DNA of 64,000 bases, from positions 1 through 64,000 of the forward strand of contig JAPDFW010000008.1 in assembly GCA_028826165.1 (NCBI GenBank), read 5' to 3'. The position numbers and the translations under genes are program-made. The DNA comes from Anaeramoeba ignava BMAN. Its lineage: Eukaryota; Protista; Anaeramoebae. Positions 11,711 to 24,513 of this stretch are shown in pieces. Position 1 is the first letter of the stretch. Each line of letters opens with the position of its first letter. A model generated the notes under the pieces. The model was not told the origin of the DNA. It saw only the letters and a list, made by a program, of their open reading frames with translations, and ran no database searches.

Positions 11711-14644
11711 ATGGGTTGTGGGGGGTCAAAAGATATAGAAAGTAAAATCAACGAACAAATAGAAAACCAATTAAGAAAAGATCAAGACTTAATAAACGAG
11801 GATATTAAATTACTTTTACTTGGTTTGCTATAAAAAATTATTTTAAATTTTTAACTGAATTTTTAACTTAAATTTTTAACTTAATTTTTATTTTAAATTT
11901 TTAACTTAAATTTTTAACTTGAATTTTTAACTTAAATTTTTAACTTCAATTTTTAACTGAATTTTTAATTAAAAAAGGTGCTGGTGATTCAGGAAAAAGT
12001 ACAATTGTTAAACAAATGAAAATATTATTTTTAAATGGATTTACTTCTAAAGAAAAAGAAATGTATAAATCAATTATTATTGATAATTTAAAGGATTTTC
12101 TTGCAATTTTAATAAATGCTGCAAATCATTTTGGAGTCAAAATTTCTCAACCAAAAGAAGTGATTATATTTCAAAAAAAAAAACAAAAATTTAATCAAAA
12201 TATTCAAAATTTTGTTTTTCTTGTTTTTTTTTAGATTATTGAATCTTTTTTAAATCAAACAATCCCAAAAAAAAATTTACCTTCAGTTCTTAGTACTTTG
12301 TTGAATGATTCAGGAATACAAGAAATGTGTAAAAGAGCTGATGAAATTAATTTACCTGAAGCAGCTTCTTAGTAAATTTTAAATATAAAATTAAAATTAA
12401 AAATTTAAATTAAAACTAAAATTAAAATTAAAATCAAAATTAAAATTAATATTAAAATTAAAATTAAAATTAAAATTAAAATTAAAATTAAAATTAAAAT
12501 TCATTTATAAAATTAAAATTAAAATTAAAATTAAAATCAAAATCAAAATTAAAATTAAAATTAATATTAAAATTAAAATTAAAACTAAAATTAAAATTTA
12601 AAATTAAAATTAAAATTAAACTAAAATTAAAATTAAAATTAAAATTAAAATTAAAATTAAAATTAAAATTAAAATTAAAATCAAAATTAAAAATTAAAAT
12701 TAAAATTAAAATTAAAATCAAAATCAAAATCAAAATTAAAATTAAAATTAAAATTAAAATTAAAATTAAAATTTAAGATTAAAATTAAAATTAAAATTAA
12801 AATTAAATTTAAAATTAAAATTCATTTATTAAATTAAAATTAAAAATTAAAATTAAAATCAAAATTAAAATTAAAATTAAAATTAAAATTATAATTAAAA
12901 TTAAAATTAAAATTAAAATTAAAAATTAAAATTAAAATTAAAATTAAAATTAAAATTAAAAATTAAAATTAAAATTAAAATTAAAAATTAAAATTAAAAT
13001 TAAAATTAAAATTTAAAATTAAAATTAAAATTAAAATTAAAATCAAAATTAAAATCAAAATTCAAATTAAAATTAAAAATTAAAATTAAAATTAAAATTA
13101 AAATTAAATTTAAAATTAAAATTAAATCAAAAATTAAAATCAAAAAAATTAAAATTAAAATTAAAATTAAAATCAAAATTAAAATTAAAATTTAAAATTA
13201 AAATTAAAATTAAAATTAAAATTAAAATTAAAATTAAAATTAAAATTAAATTTAAATTTAAAAATAAAATTAAAATTAAAATTAAAATTAAAATTAAAAT
13301 TAAAATTTAAATTAATATTAAAATTTAAAAAAGTTTTTTTCAAAATTTTGAACGAATATTTTCATCTAAATATGTTCCTTCTCCTCAAGATATTTTATTA
13401 TCAAGAGCAACAACAATCGGAATTACAGAAACAAATTTTACTTTTTCTGATATGAAATTTAAGTAATTTTTTTACAAATGAGAAAATCAAAAAAATAATA
13501 AGAAAATTTAATTCAATTAATTTAATTTTTTCTGTTAGAATTGTTGATGTTGGAGGTCAAAGAAATGAAAGAAAGAAATGGTTATATTGCTTTCAAGTAA
13601 AAAATCGATAAACAATTATGCAAATCCTTTTATTTAAAATTAAAATTAAAATTAAATTTATAATTAAAATTAAAATTAAAATTAAAATTTAAATTAAAAT
13701 TAAAATTAAAATTAAAATTAAAATTAAAATTAAAATTAAAAATTAAATTAAATTTAAAATTAAAATTAAAATTAAAATTAAAAATTAAAATTAAAATTTA
13801 AAATTAAAATTAAAATTAAAATCAAAATTAAAAATTTAAATTAAAATCAAAATTAAAATTAAAATTAAAAATTAAAATTAAAAATTAAAATTAAAATTTA
13901 AAAATTAAATTTATAATTAAAATTAAAAATCAAATTAAATTAAAATTAAAATTAAAATTAAAATTAAAATTAAAATTTAAATTTAAATTTAAATTTAAAA
14001 AGGGAGTTTCTGCAATTATATTTTGTTCAGCTCTTAGTGAATATAATCAAACATTATATGAAGATTCACATCAAAACAGAATTCAAGAATCATTAATTTT
14101 ATTTGATGAAATTTGTAATTCAAGATGGTTTGGAGAAACTCCTATAATTTTATTTTTAAACAAAACTGATATTTTTCGAGAAAAAATCAGAAAAATTGAT
14201 TTAAGTTCTTGTTTTGAAGATTATCAAGGTTAATAAAATTCATTTATAAAATTAAAATTAAAATTAAAATTAAAATTAAAATTAAAATTAAAATTAAAAT
14301 TAAAATTAAAATTAAAATTAAAATTAAATTTAAAATTAAAATAAAAATTAAAATTAAAATTAAAATTAAAATTAAAATTAAAATTAAAATTAAAATTAAA
14401 ATCAAATTTAAAATTAAAATTAAAATTAAATTCATTTATAAAATTGAAAATTATAGATGGTTCTGATTATACTTCTGCAATACATTTTGTCAAAAATAAA
14501 TTTTTAGAACGAAACAAAAATCCAAAAAAGAAAATTTATGTTCATTTTACATGTGCAACAGATACTAATAATATTCGGTTTGTTTTTGATTCAATTAGAG
14601 ATATTATTATTCAAGAAAATGAAAGACAAATTGGTTTTTTATAG
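11711..14644 (+). CDS. Heterotrimeric G-protein alpha subunit (7 exons)
   Basis: Spliced reading gives MGCGGS (N-terminal lipidation-type start), [54 protein letters not shown]; GT-AG introns, e.g. 11823-11977, 12160-12234, 12372-13333. Confidence 0.95.
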
Positions 14645-15010
14645 CTTGATTTTTGAAAGAAAATGATTCTTTTTGAAATTTTTTTTTTGTTTTTGTTTTT
14701 GTTTTTGTTTTTGTTTCTTTGTTTCCTTTATTCAAAAATCAGAAAAAAAAAAAGAAAAAAAATCAAGTTTTCTTTTTAAGAAAGAATCAAAATTTCAATC
14801 TGAATATAAAAATCAAATTAATTTCTTTTTTTCATTATATTTTGTTTTTTTTTTTTAAATTTGGGAAAAAAAAAGTGGAACAAAAATATTTCTTTTTTTC
14901 ATTATTTTTTGCTTTTTTTTTTTTAAAATTTCAAATCAAAATTATTAAAAAATTTTTTTTTCAATTTTTTTCATTTTCATTTTTTTTCTTCAAATTAAAA
15001 ATTAAAAAAA

Positions 15011-15823
15011 ATGATTAATTTTTTTGAAAAATTTACAACATTTTTATTAGAAAATTATCATACAATTACATTATTTTTCTTTTTCTCAGGATTAATAATT
15101 TTTCTAATTCTTTTGGTTATTCCAGCATATTATGGACGTTACACACAAACAACAAGAAAATTCTTAATGTTTCCAAACAAAATAGCATGGATTGTAATGG
15201 AAGTAATTTCACCAATTAGTTTGTTAATTGGGATTTCAATGATCCAAAATTTTTCAAAATTCAGTTTCAAATTTAATTATTTGGAAATCATTTATCTTTC
15301 TCACTATATTTATCGCTCTTTGATTTTTCCACTTCTCATTTCTCCATCAAAAAAATCATCCAAAGTTGCTTTTGAAATTATGCTAATGGCGATTGTTTTT
15401 AATTCTTTCAACGGAATTCTTAACGGAATTGCACTTCAAACAAAAACCGTTATTTACCAGAATTTTTTTTTGGATCTTTTCAAAAATCCACTTTCATTTC
15501 TTGGATTAATTTTGATTGTTTCTGGTTTTTCTGTTAATTTTTTGGCTGATCGTCATTTGATTTCTTTGAGATCTGATGGATCAACTCGTTATAAAATTCC
15601 CACTTGGTTTGTTTTTGAATATGTCACTTCTGCCAATTATTTTGGCGAGATTGTTGAATGGTTTGGTTTTTGGGTCGCTTCAAGAACTTTAGCTGCTTTT
15701 GTGTTTTTCTGTTGGACTTGTTTTAATCTCATTCCAAGAGCCATAACTCATCATCGTTGGTATCATGAGCATTTCGAAGAATATCCGAAAAGTCGAAAAA
15801 TAGTGATTCCTTTCATTTTCTAA
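15011..15823 (+). CDS. 3-oxo-5-alpha-steroid 4-dehydrogenase (steroid 5-alpha-reductase/DET2 family) membrane protein
   Basis: YGRY, AWIVME, HYIYRSLIFP, YKIP..VFEYVTSANYFGEIVEWFG, NLIPRAITHHRWY..F..YPKSRKIVIPFIF. Confidence 0.93.
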   Translation: MINFFEKFTTFLLENYHTITLFFFFSGLIIFLILLVIPAYYGRYTQTTRKFLMFPNKIAWIVMEVISPISLLIGISMIQNFSKFSFKFNYLEIIYLSHYIYRSLIFPLLISPSKKSSKVAFEIMLMAIVFNSFNGILNGIALQTKTVIYQNFFLDLFKNPLSFLGLILIVSGFSVNFLADRHLISLRSDGSTRYKIPTWFVFEYVTSANYFGEIVEWFGFWVASRTLAAFVFFCWTCFNLIPRAITHHRWYHEHFEEYPKSRKIVIPFIF

Positions 15824-15959
15824 ATTTTCTTCTTTCAATTCAATTCAATTCAATTCAATTCAATTCAAAAAAACAAATAAAATTTTTTTTTTTCACCTTT
15901 TTTGAAACAAATCATTTTTCATTTTTCCATTTTCTTTCTCAATAAAAACAAAATTTTAA

Positions 15960-17541
15960 ATGCAAAAAACAATACCGAATTTAGAAGACTCTTTAGAAAA
16001 TTTAATAAACAATCAAAAATATAGTGACGTTCATTTTTATATTGGAGCTGATAGAAAACTCTTTTACGCACACAAACTCGTCTTATCATTATCAAGCAAA
16101 TTCTGGGAAAAAATGTTTTATGGATTAAATTGGAAAGAAGTTGCAAATAAAAAAGTTGCGAATGTGGAAGTTCCCGATATTCGCTATCCAGTTTTTCAGT
16201 CGCTAATGGATTACGTATACACTCGCAAATACACAATCAAAGAAGAAGATTTAATTGATGTTCTTCTTGCTTCTGATAAATATCTTATTGAGGGACTTAA
16301 AAAATTGATTTTTGAACATGTTCGTTCAACAACAACTCCAATTCAAGCGTTGACTTTGCTTGATTTACCAGAGATATATTTTGGTGTCCCTGAGTTGAAG
16401 GATTGTTTAATTGATTTTTTGGCACAAACACCTAATGCACTGGGTATCAAAAATTGTCTCCAAAAAAGAATGGAAGACACAATTAAGACCATTTTTTCTC
16501 TCGAAGAAATTCATACTCCTGAACATATTTTATTCGATTCTCTTTTGGATTGGGGAAAGTGGGTTTGTCAGTTTAATTTGGCTGAACCTTCTCCTTCCAA
16601 TATTCATTCCGTTATATCAAATATCCTTCCCTCAATCCGATTTTCTCATTTCTCTCAAAAAGAATTCGAAAAAGTTCGCGAATCTCAATTGTTTGATGAA
16701 TCCCAATTACAAGAAATGGAAAAAAATATTACAAAAAGTGAATTCGTCTCAGATCGTTTTCGTCGGAAACAAAAAATCAAGTCAAAAAGAATAGAGGATG
16801 TAAAAATAAAAATAAAAATAAAAACAATTTTTATTCCCTAAATTCTTTTCCCTTCTTCTTTTTTTGTTGTTCTCTTGATATTAGATCAAAGTTCTTTTAA
16901 TTTCAGCTCACATTACTCCAAGTAGAGCAGTCGATATAGCAAAATCAATTAAATCACAAGGAATTCAGCATGTTGATATTTTCGAAGCAATGACAATTCA
17001 ACCCAATTTAGAAAAAATGATGGAATATGACGCAGTTTTCTTATTTTCTGGTTACAGTCCCTATCCCGAAAAGGAGCTTGGAGATGCTCTTGCTGATTAT
17101 GTTAGAGCAGGAGGCGGTTTGGTTTTTGGGACAGTTTGGCTAATGGCAACTGACTTATCTTATTCGGGAAAAATCAACGGACAAATTGCTGATCCAAAAA
17201 ACGGATTTCTTCCATTTGAGAAAGCAAATTTCTCACTGCGAAATAGGCAAGTACTTGGAGATTACGATACAAGTCATTATATCATGCAAGGTGTTAAAAA
17301 TTTCGATTTAGGAGATGGATCTTATTATGTAAGAGTACAACATTCAAATGGAAATTTGATTGCTTCATATACTTCAGGAATTCCGTTCATTGGAGAACAG
17401 CGTATTTGTGATGATTGGGGAACTGTAGTTATTTTGAATTTGTATCCTCCTTCTAATGAGGAATATGGTGACTACTGGATTTCAACTACTGATGGCGCGA
17501 AAATTATTGCGAATTCAGTTGCTTATGTTGCTATGTTTTGA
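15960..17541 (+). CDS. BTB/POZ-BACK protein fused to a C-terminal class I GATase/ThuA-like alpha/beta domain (intron 16800-16884)
   Basis: SDVHFYIG...FYAHKLVLSLSS.FWEKMF BTB and BACK-like segment; in-frame GT-AG splice joins it to the 16990-17541 ORF (YDAVFLF...LGDALADYVRAGGGLV); the C-terminal fold call is from motif resemblance. Confidence 0.8.
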
Positions 17542-17800
17542 TCCAAAAAAGAAAAAAAAGAAAAAACAATTTTTCCTTCTTAATTCCCATTTAATTTTCT
17601 ATTTTCAATTTCCTTTCCAATTTTCGATTATTATCCTCAATCTTTCCCACTCTATGAACTTAATCAAAGAAGATTTTGTTTTTTTCGATCGTCTCTTCAT
17701 CTTCTTTTCCTTGAAATTAAAAAAAAATCATTTTACATTTTTTCCAAAATTTTTTTTTTCATTTTTTTCATTTCATTTCATTACATTATATTTTTCTTCA

Positions 17801-19279
17801 ATGGAAACTCAAAACAGTAGAACATTCCTCATTTTATTTTTAGTCATTTCAGATTTATTTGTAGAAACACAATTACCAAAATCAAGATCGATTCTCTTTG
17901 TTTTATTCAGGATTTTTTTCTTGGCAATTTCCTTTTACAACACACTTAAATTTTTCACTTTACACAAAAAATATCAACTATTTGAAATGATGAAACACGA
18001 ACCAAAGTCACCTAATATTCGTCGAAAAGAAATTTCACTATCAGAAAGAGTGAAAAGTCCACAGAAAAAAGATAAAAACAAAACATTTTTAGGGTCTATT
18101 TTATCGACAATTTCATCAGGATTGAAGGATCTTTCATCACGAAAAACGGAAAAAGGTTCGCAATTCAAAGCCAATCCCAATACACAAGAGTATTATGAGC
18201 TCTCCATTTGGGATCCAGTTCCAGAAGAAGCTCGTTGGTTTTTCTTTTTCTCGCCACTTCATCTTTTGATGATAATTTTCTTTCCCAAACAAAGCACAAC
18301 GGATTACATTAAGATTGCTTTTCTGTATTTTTTCACGATGTTGGTGCTGAAGTTTTTTTTCAAGAAATTTGAGCAATATGTTGAAGATTCCAAGATATTA
18401 TCGCAAGAATCATATTCAGTTCTTAGTAACTTTTCCGATCGAGTTTCTTCTGATTTACGATTTAGAGGCGGTTTTTATCCAAAAACACAAATGGCGAAAC
18501 TTGTTTCTATGTCAGGAAAAAAGTCTCGAATGTCTTCAAGTTATGGAAATCGTACTTTTTTATCTGGACAAAAGCAAAAGCTCCAAAATTTTCCTGATAC
18601 AAGACAGCAAATTTTTAATAGAGATAATCAAAATTATCTTTCTCAAAAGGATTTACAAAATCGTCGGTTTTCTGATGGGAAAAAAATGATTACTTCTGGA
18701 AACAAAATTGTTTATCCACAACAAATGTCAATGTCAAATCAAGATCAAGAAAATTTACGAACAAGACAGATGTCAAAGTCAAATCAATTTCCAAATCAAT
18801 TAGAAAATCAATTGGAAAATCAATTGGAAAATCAATTAGAAAATCAATTGGAAAATCAAATTCCAAATCAAATTCCAAATCAAATTCTAAATCAAATTCC
18901 AAATCAAATTCCAAATCAAATTCCAAATCAAATTCCAAATCAAATTCCAAATCAATTCCAAAATCAATTCCAAAATCAATTCCAAAATCAAATTCCAAAC
19001 CAAATTCCAAATCAATTCCCAATGGAAATGCAAATGGAAAATCAAATTCCAAATCAATTCCAAAATCAAATTCCAAACCAAATTCCAAATCAATTCCCAA
19101 TGGAAATGCAAATGGAAAAACAAAAACAAAAACAAAAACAAAATCCAAAAAATTCAAAAATCAATTTTAGAAATCTTTATCCTTCATTAAACAAGACAAA
19201 AAACAAAATAAATCCAATCCCAAGATTATCTCCAGGTCCAAGTTTACGTAGAAAAGTAGTTGATAAAAAATTCAAATAA
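17801..19279 (+). CDS. DUF2418/Nur1-Mug154-like membrane protein with a Q/N/P-rich repeat tail
   Basis: Likely start METQNSRT at 17801; TM segments; YELSIWDP...FFFFSPLH resembles the DUF2418 motif; QLEN/QIPN 12-bp repeats. Confidence 0.65.
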   Translation: METQNSRTFLILFLVISDLFVETQLPKSRSILFVLFRIFFLAISFYNTLKFFTLHKKYQLFEMMKHEPKSPNIRRKEISLSERVKSPQKKDKNKTFLGSILSTISSGLKDLSSRKTEKGSQFKANPNTQEYYELSIWDPVPEEARWFFFFSPLHLLMIIFFPKQSTTDYIKIAFLYFFTMLVLKFFFKKFEQYVEDSKILSQESYSVLSNFSDRVSSDLRFRGGFYPKTQMAKLVSMSGKKSRMSSSYGNRTFLSGQKQKLQNFPDTRQQIFNRDNQNYLSQKDLQNRRFSDGKKMITSGNKIVYPQQMSMSNQDQENLRTRQMSKSNQFPNQLENQLENQLENQLENQLENQIPNQIPNQILNQIPNQIPNQIPNQIPNQIPNQFQNQFQNQFQNQIPNQIPNQFPMEMQMENQIPNQFQNQIPNQIPNQFPMEMQMEKQKQKQKQNPKNSKINFRNLYPSLNKTKNKINPIPRLSPGPSLRRKVVDKKFK

Positions 19280-19364
19280 AATAGATTAACTTGAATTTTT
19301 TTTTTAAAAGTCATTTCATTTTTTTTTTTGATAAATTTTCAGATAAAAATAATGATGAACGAAA

Positions 19365-21890
19365 TTATTTTATTCCACTTTTTCTTTTTTTTTGGAATTT
19401 AATTTAATTTAATTTGATTTGATTTAATTTAATTTGAATTTGATTTAATTTAATTTAATTTGATTTGATTTGATTTAATTTAATTTAATTTGATTTGATT
19501 TAATTTAATTTAATTTGAATTTAATTTAATTTAATTTGATTTGATTTAATTTAATTTAATTTAATTTAATTTTGATTTGATTTGAATTTTATTCCACTTT
19601 TTTTATTGGTTTTGGAATTTAATTTAATTTAAATTGATTTAATTTAATTTAATTTGATTTGAAATAAATTTTATTCCACTTTTTTTATTGGTTTTGGAAT
19701 TTAATTTGATTTGATTTGATTTGATTTAATTTGATTTAATTTGAATTAATTTAATTTGATTTAATTTGATTTAATTTAATTTGATTTAATTTAAAATAAA
19801 TTTTATTCCACTTTTTTTATTGGTTTTGGAATTTAATTTAATTTAATTTAATTTAATTTGATTTGAATTTAATTTGATTTAATTTGAAATAAATTTTATT
19901 CCACTTTTTTTATTGGTTTTGGAATTTAATTTAATTTGATTTAATTGAATTTGATTTAATTTAATTTAATTTAATTTAATTTAATTTAATTTTATTTAAT
20001 TTAATTTGATTTAATTTGATTTGATTTAATTTAATTTAATTTACACCTTTTCAACTTTGGTTTAAACCTTTTGCAAAAATATTTAAACCTTTTGCAAAAA
20101 TATTTAAACCTTTTGCAAAAATATTTAAACCTTTTGCAAAAATATTTAAACCTTTTGCAAAAATTTTAAACCTTTTTTTTTATTTAAACCCTTGACTTTT
20201 GAAAGTTTCATCTAAACTTTTATTTTTCTTTTTTGAAAAAAATTTGGAAGATGATGAAAAAGATTGTGAATTGAAAATGAGAATACAAAATCTCAATTCA
20301 TTTTGATTTTCAAAAATCAAGAATATATTCTTTGTTCAAAGTTTTGGGAATAATATTCCTACTGATATATGATAATCAATTTGGGGATTTCTCCAGAGTT
20401 CTTGTTAACTTTCTTTGATCAAATCAAGCAGAGATTATTGATTTGTGAATTGTTGAAAAGCAACACAATTTTTCACTGTTAAATAAACATTTTCACCACG
20501 ATTAAGAAAAGGAGAATAAGATGAAAGAAAATGTATAGAAGGGAGAAGTTGTTCCAATATTTCTGTGGTCATATTAGAGTGATGAAAATATAACATTATA
20601 AGAGATAAATTTAAAGCCTTCATCTTTAAGTAATACATGAAAACAATATGGTAAAAAGTCAATAAAGTCAATAGAATTAAATGCACCAATTTGAATCTTG
20701 GATTGAATTAATCCAAAATTTGGTTCACTTTCATCTCTTTGAGATTGTATCATTATTTGGAAGAAAAAATAAAAATTAGATATCTTCAAAAAAAAATTCA
20801 ACCTGTTATTTATTGAGAGTCAAAAAAGTTGAAACCAAATACTGAAATCGACAAGGGTTTAAATTAAAAAAAAAGGTTTAAATATTTTTGTAAAAGGTTT
20901 AAATATTTTTGCAAAAGGTTTAAATATTTTTGCAAAAGGTTTAAATATTTTTGCAAAAGGTTTAAATATTTTTGCAAAAGGTTTAAACCAAAGTTGAAAA
21001 GGTGTAATTTGATTTAATTTAATTTAATTTGAATTAATTTGATTTAATTTAATTTAATTTGATTTAATTTAATTTAATTTGAATTAATTTGATTTAATTT
21101 GAATTAATTTGAATTTATTTAATTTGATTTGATTTAATTTGATTTAATTTAATTTGATTTAATTTAATTTGATTTAATTTAATTTAATTTGATTTGATTT
21201 AATTTGATTTGATTTAATTTGATTTAATTTGATTTAATTTAATTTAATTTGATTTAATTTGATTTAATTTGAAATAAATTTTATTCCACTTTTTTTATTG
21301 GTTTTGGAATTTAATTTGATTTAATTTGAATTTGATTTGATTTAATTTAATTTAATTTGATTTAATTTAATTTGATTTAATTTGATTTAATTTAATTTAA
21401 TTTAATTTAATTTAATTTGATTTAATTTGATTTGATTTAATTTAATTTGATTTGATTTGATTTGATTTGATTTGATTTGATTTAATTTGATTTAATTTTA
21501 TTTAATTTAATTTGATTTAATTTGATTTGATTTAATTTGATTTGATTTAATTTAATTTGATTTAATTTAATTTGATTTAATTTAATTTGATTTTTATTTA
21601 ATTTTGATTTAATTTGAAATAAATTTTATTCCACTTTTTTTATTGGTTTTGAATTTAATTGAATTTGATTTGATTTGATTTAATTTAATTTAATTTAATT
21701 TAATTTGATTTAATTGAATTTAATTTGAAATAAATTTTATTCCACTTTTTTTATTGGTTTTGGAATTTAATTTAATTTGATTTGATTTAATTTGATTTAA
21801 TTTAATTTAATTTGATTTAATTTGATTTAATTGAATTTAATTTAAAATAAATTTTATTCCACTTTTTTTATTGGTTTTTTTTTTAAATTT
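19365..21890. repeat. Array of about 9 copies of a ~40-bp unit (AAATAAATTTTATTCCACTTTTTTTATTGGTTTTGGAATTT) separated by variable (AATTT/GATTT)n tracts; interrupted by a transposon
   Basis: Unit cores near 19372, 19591, 19673, 19805, 19898, 21283, 21628, 21739, 21856. Confidence 0.85.
20044..21004 (-). mobile_element. Non-autonomous, decayed Tc1/mariner-IS630 DNA transposon with ~150-bp TIRs
   Basis: Ends CACCTTTTCAACTTTGGTTTAAACC and GGTTTAAACCAAAGTTGAAAAGGTG; TA on both flanks; five 21-bp subrepeats per TIR; internal frameshifted transposase remnant (YNVIFHH...FLSSYSPFLNRGENV). Confidence 0.88.
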
Positions 21891-22426
21891 TTTTTTTTTG
21901 GAATTTTGATCTATCTTTTTTTTCTTAAATAATTTGATATTTTATTTTGGAAAATATTTAAATTATTAATAAAATAAAGAATAAGAAAAAAATATTAATT
22001 TGCTTTTTAATTTTTATTAACTAAAAAAAAAAACAAGAAAAAGGAAAAAAAGCAAAAAAGAAAAAAGAAGAAAAATTTTTTAAAAGGAGAATAATTTTAT
22101 TTTTTTAATTAAAAATTTTTTTTTTCTTTTTAATTTAATTTAATTTAATTTAATTTGATTTAATTTAATTTGATTTGATTTAATTTGAGGGCATAAATGA
22201 TCTTTTTTTTTTTAAAAAAAATTAAATTAAATTAAAATTAAAATTAAAAAAATAAGGAAAAAATTAAATTAAAAAATAAAAACAAAAAAAATTTTTTTTC
22301 TTTTTTTTCTTTTTTAATTTTTTTTTTAATTTAAAAGTTTTCATTTTTTATCACACACAAAAACTTTTTTTTTTTTAATAAAAAAAAACAAATCAAAAAA
22401 AAAAACAAAACTAAACAAAAAAAAAG

Positions 22427-24244
22427 ATGGACAAAGACAAGAAAGTTTTATTCATGACTGCCAGACTTGGAGAACACACAGAAAGATATGATGGTAAGTG
22501 TTTAATTTTTCTTATTTTGAAAGTTTTGAAACATTTTTAATACTTTTTTTTTTATAAATAATATTTTTTTAACAGAAATTATTATTCACTTTTATTATTT
22601 ATCAATTTTTTAACCAATTTTACCCACTTTTTTTTGATTAATTTACTAAAAATAATTTCAGTTTGAATTAAAAAAATTTTTTTCTTTTTATTTTTATTTT
22701 TCAAATTTTTTTATTCAAAAATTTATAATTTAATTTGATTAGAATTTATAATTTATTTTTATTTTAATTTTTGATTTAATTTGATTTAATTTGATTAGAA
22801 TTTATAATTTATTTGATTTGAATTTTATTTATAATTTTATTTAGAATTTGATTTATGATTTATTTTAATTTTATTTAATTTGATTTAATTTGATTAGAAT
22901 TTATAATTTATTTGATTTGAATTTTATTTATAATTTATTTATAATTTGATTTATAATTATATTTATAATTTTAAATTTTAATTTAATTTATAATTTTATT
23001 TATAATTTAATTTTAATTATATTTTTAATTTTAATTTATAATTTTATAATTTTATTTTTTAATTTTTATTTTTATTTTATTTATTTTATATTTTTAATTT
23101 TAAATTTATAATTTATAATTTTATTTATAATTTTATTTATAATTTTAATTTATAATTAAATAGATGTTGTTGATTGCATGAAGAAAATTGCTGATATGAG
23201 AACTGAATTATCTTCTGATGAAAGAAACCTTATCTCATTAGGATATAAAAATCTTGTTGGAGCTCGTAGAAATGCATGGAGAACAGTTATTGCTTTGGAA
23301 GAAAAAGAAACAGCTCAAGAACAACTTGATATCATTCGTGATTACAAGAAGAAAATTGAACAAGAAATTCAAAAATTCTGTGATGAATTCTTAGACTTAA
23401 TTGATAAAGTTTTACTTCCTTCAACAACAACAGATGAAGGCCAAGTCTTCTTTTACAAACTGTAAGTTATTTATAATAAATTTATTAAATAATAAAAAAA
23501 AATTTAAAAAAAATTTAAAAGGAAGAAAAACTTCTAAAACATGAAATTTCTTTTTAAATATTTAATTTTATTTTTTTATTTTAATTTAATTTGATTTAAT
23601 TTTATTTAATTTTATTTAATTTTATTTAATTTTATTTTATTTAATTTTATTTAATTTAATTTTATTTAAAAATTTGACATGAAAATATCCTTTTTATCTT
23701 TTCGAAAAAATATCAATTATTTTTTTGACATTTAATTTATTCTTATTTATCTTTATTTTTAATCAAATTCTTTAGTAAGGGAGATTATTTAAGATATGAA
23801 GCTGAATATCAAGAAAATGATAAGAAACAAGAAATTGCCAAACTTAGTGAAGAAGCTTATTCCAAAGCAACTGAAATTGCTCAACGTTCACTTAAGACAA
23901 CTAACCCAATTAGATTGGGACTTGCTTTGAATTTCTCTGTGTTCTATTACGAAATTTTAACTAATCAAGACAAAGCATGTGATATTGCTAAAAGAGCTTT
24001 TGATGATGCCGTTATCGATTTGGATGGTTTATCTGATGAAACTTATGCAGATGCTTCAATGATTTTACAATTAATCAAAGAAAACTTGAATTTATGGAAT
24101 CAAGACTTCCAAGAATGTAAGAATTCTTTTTAATTTAAAAATTTAACTTAAATTTTTTATTTTTTATTTTTTATTTATTTTTATATTTGTAATTTTATAG
24201 CTGATGATGATGATTTTGATGATGATGATGATGACGACAATTAA
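22427..24244 (+). CDS. 14-3-3 protein (4 exons)
   Basis: ARLGEHTERYD, ERNLISLGYKNLVGARRNAWR, KGDYLRY, PIRLGLALNFSVFYYEIL, ASMILQLIKENLNLW, acidic tail. Confidence 0.96.
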
Positions 24245-24513
24245 TTTTTCTTTTCTTTTTTTCTTTTTTTCTTTTTTTTCTTTTTTCGTTTTCCTTTTTT
24301 TTCTTTTTCAAAAAAAAAAAATTTTTTTCCAATTTTTTTTTTTCCGTTTTGCCGTTGATTCTTTTTTTTTTTTTTACTTGGAACTTTTTAGGCAATAAAC
24401 GATTTCTATCCCTTATTTTTTTTTAACAAAAAAGGAAAAAAAAAAACTATAATTTTTATTTCCATTTTTATTTTTCATTTTTTTCATTTTTCTAATTAAA
24501 AAAAAATAATATA

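Noticed and set aside
19365-21890. CRISPR-like repeat-spacer appearance
   Set aside because: Spacers are low-complexity AATTT/GATTT tracts of very unequal length; no cas genes; eukaryotic context
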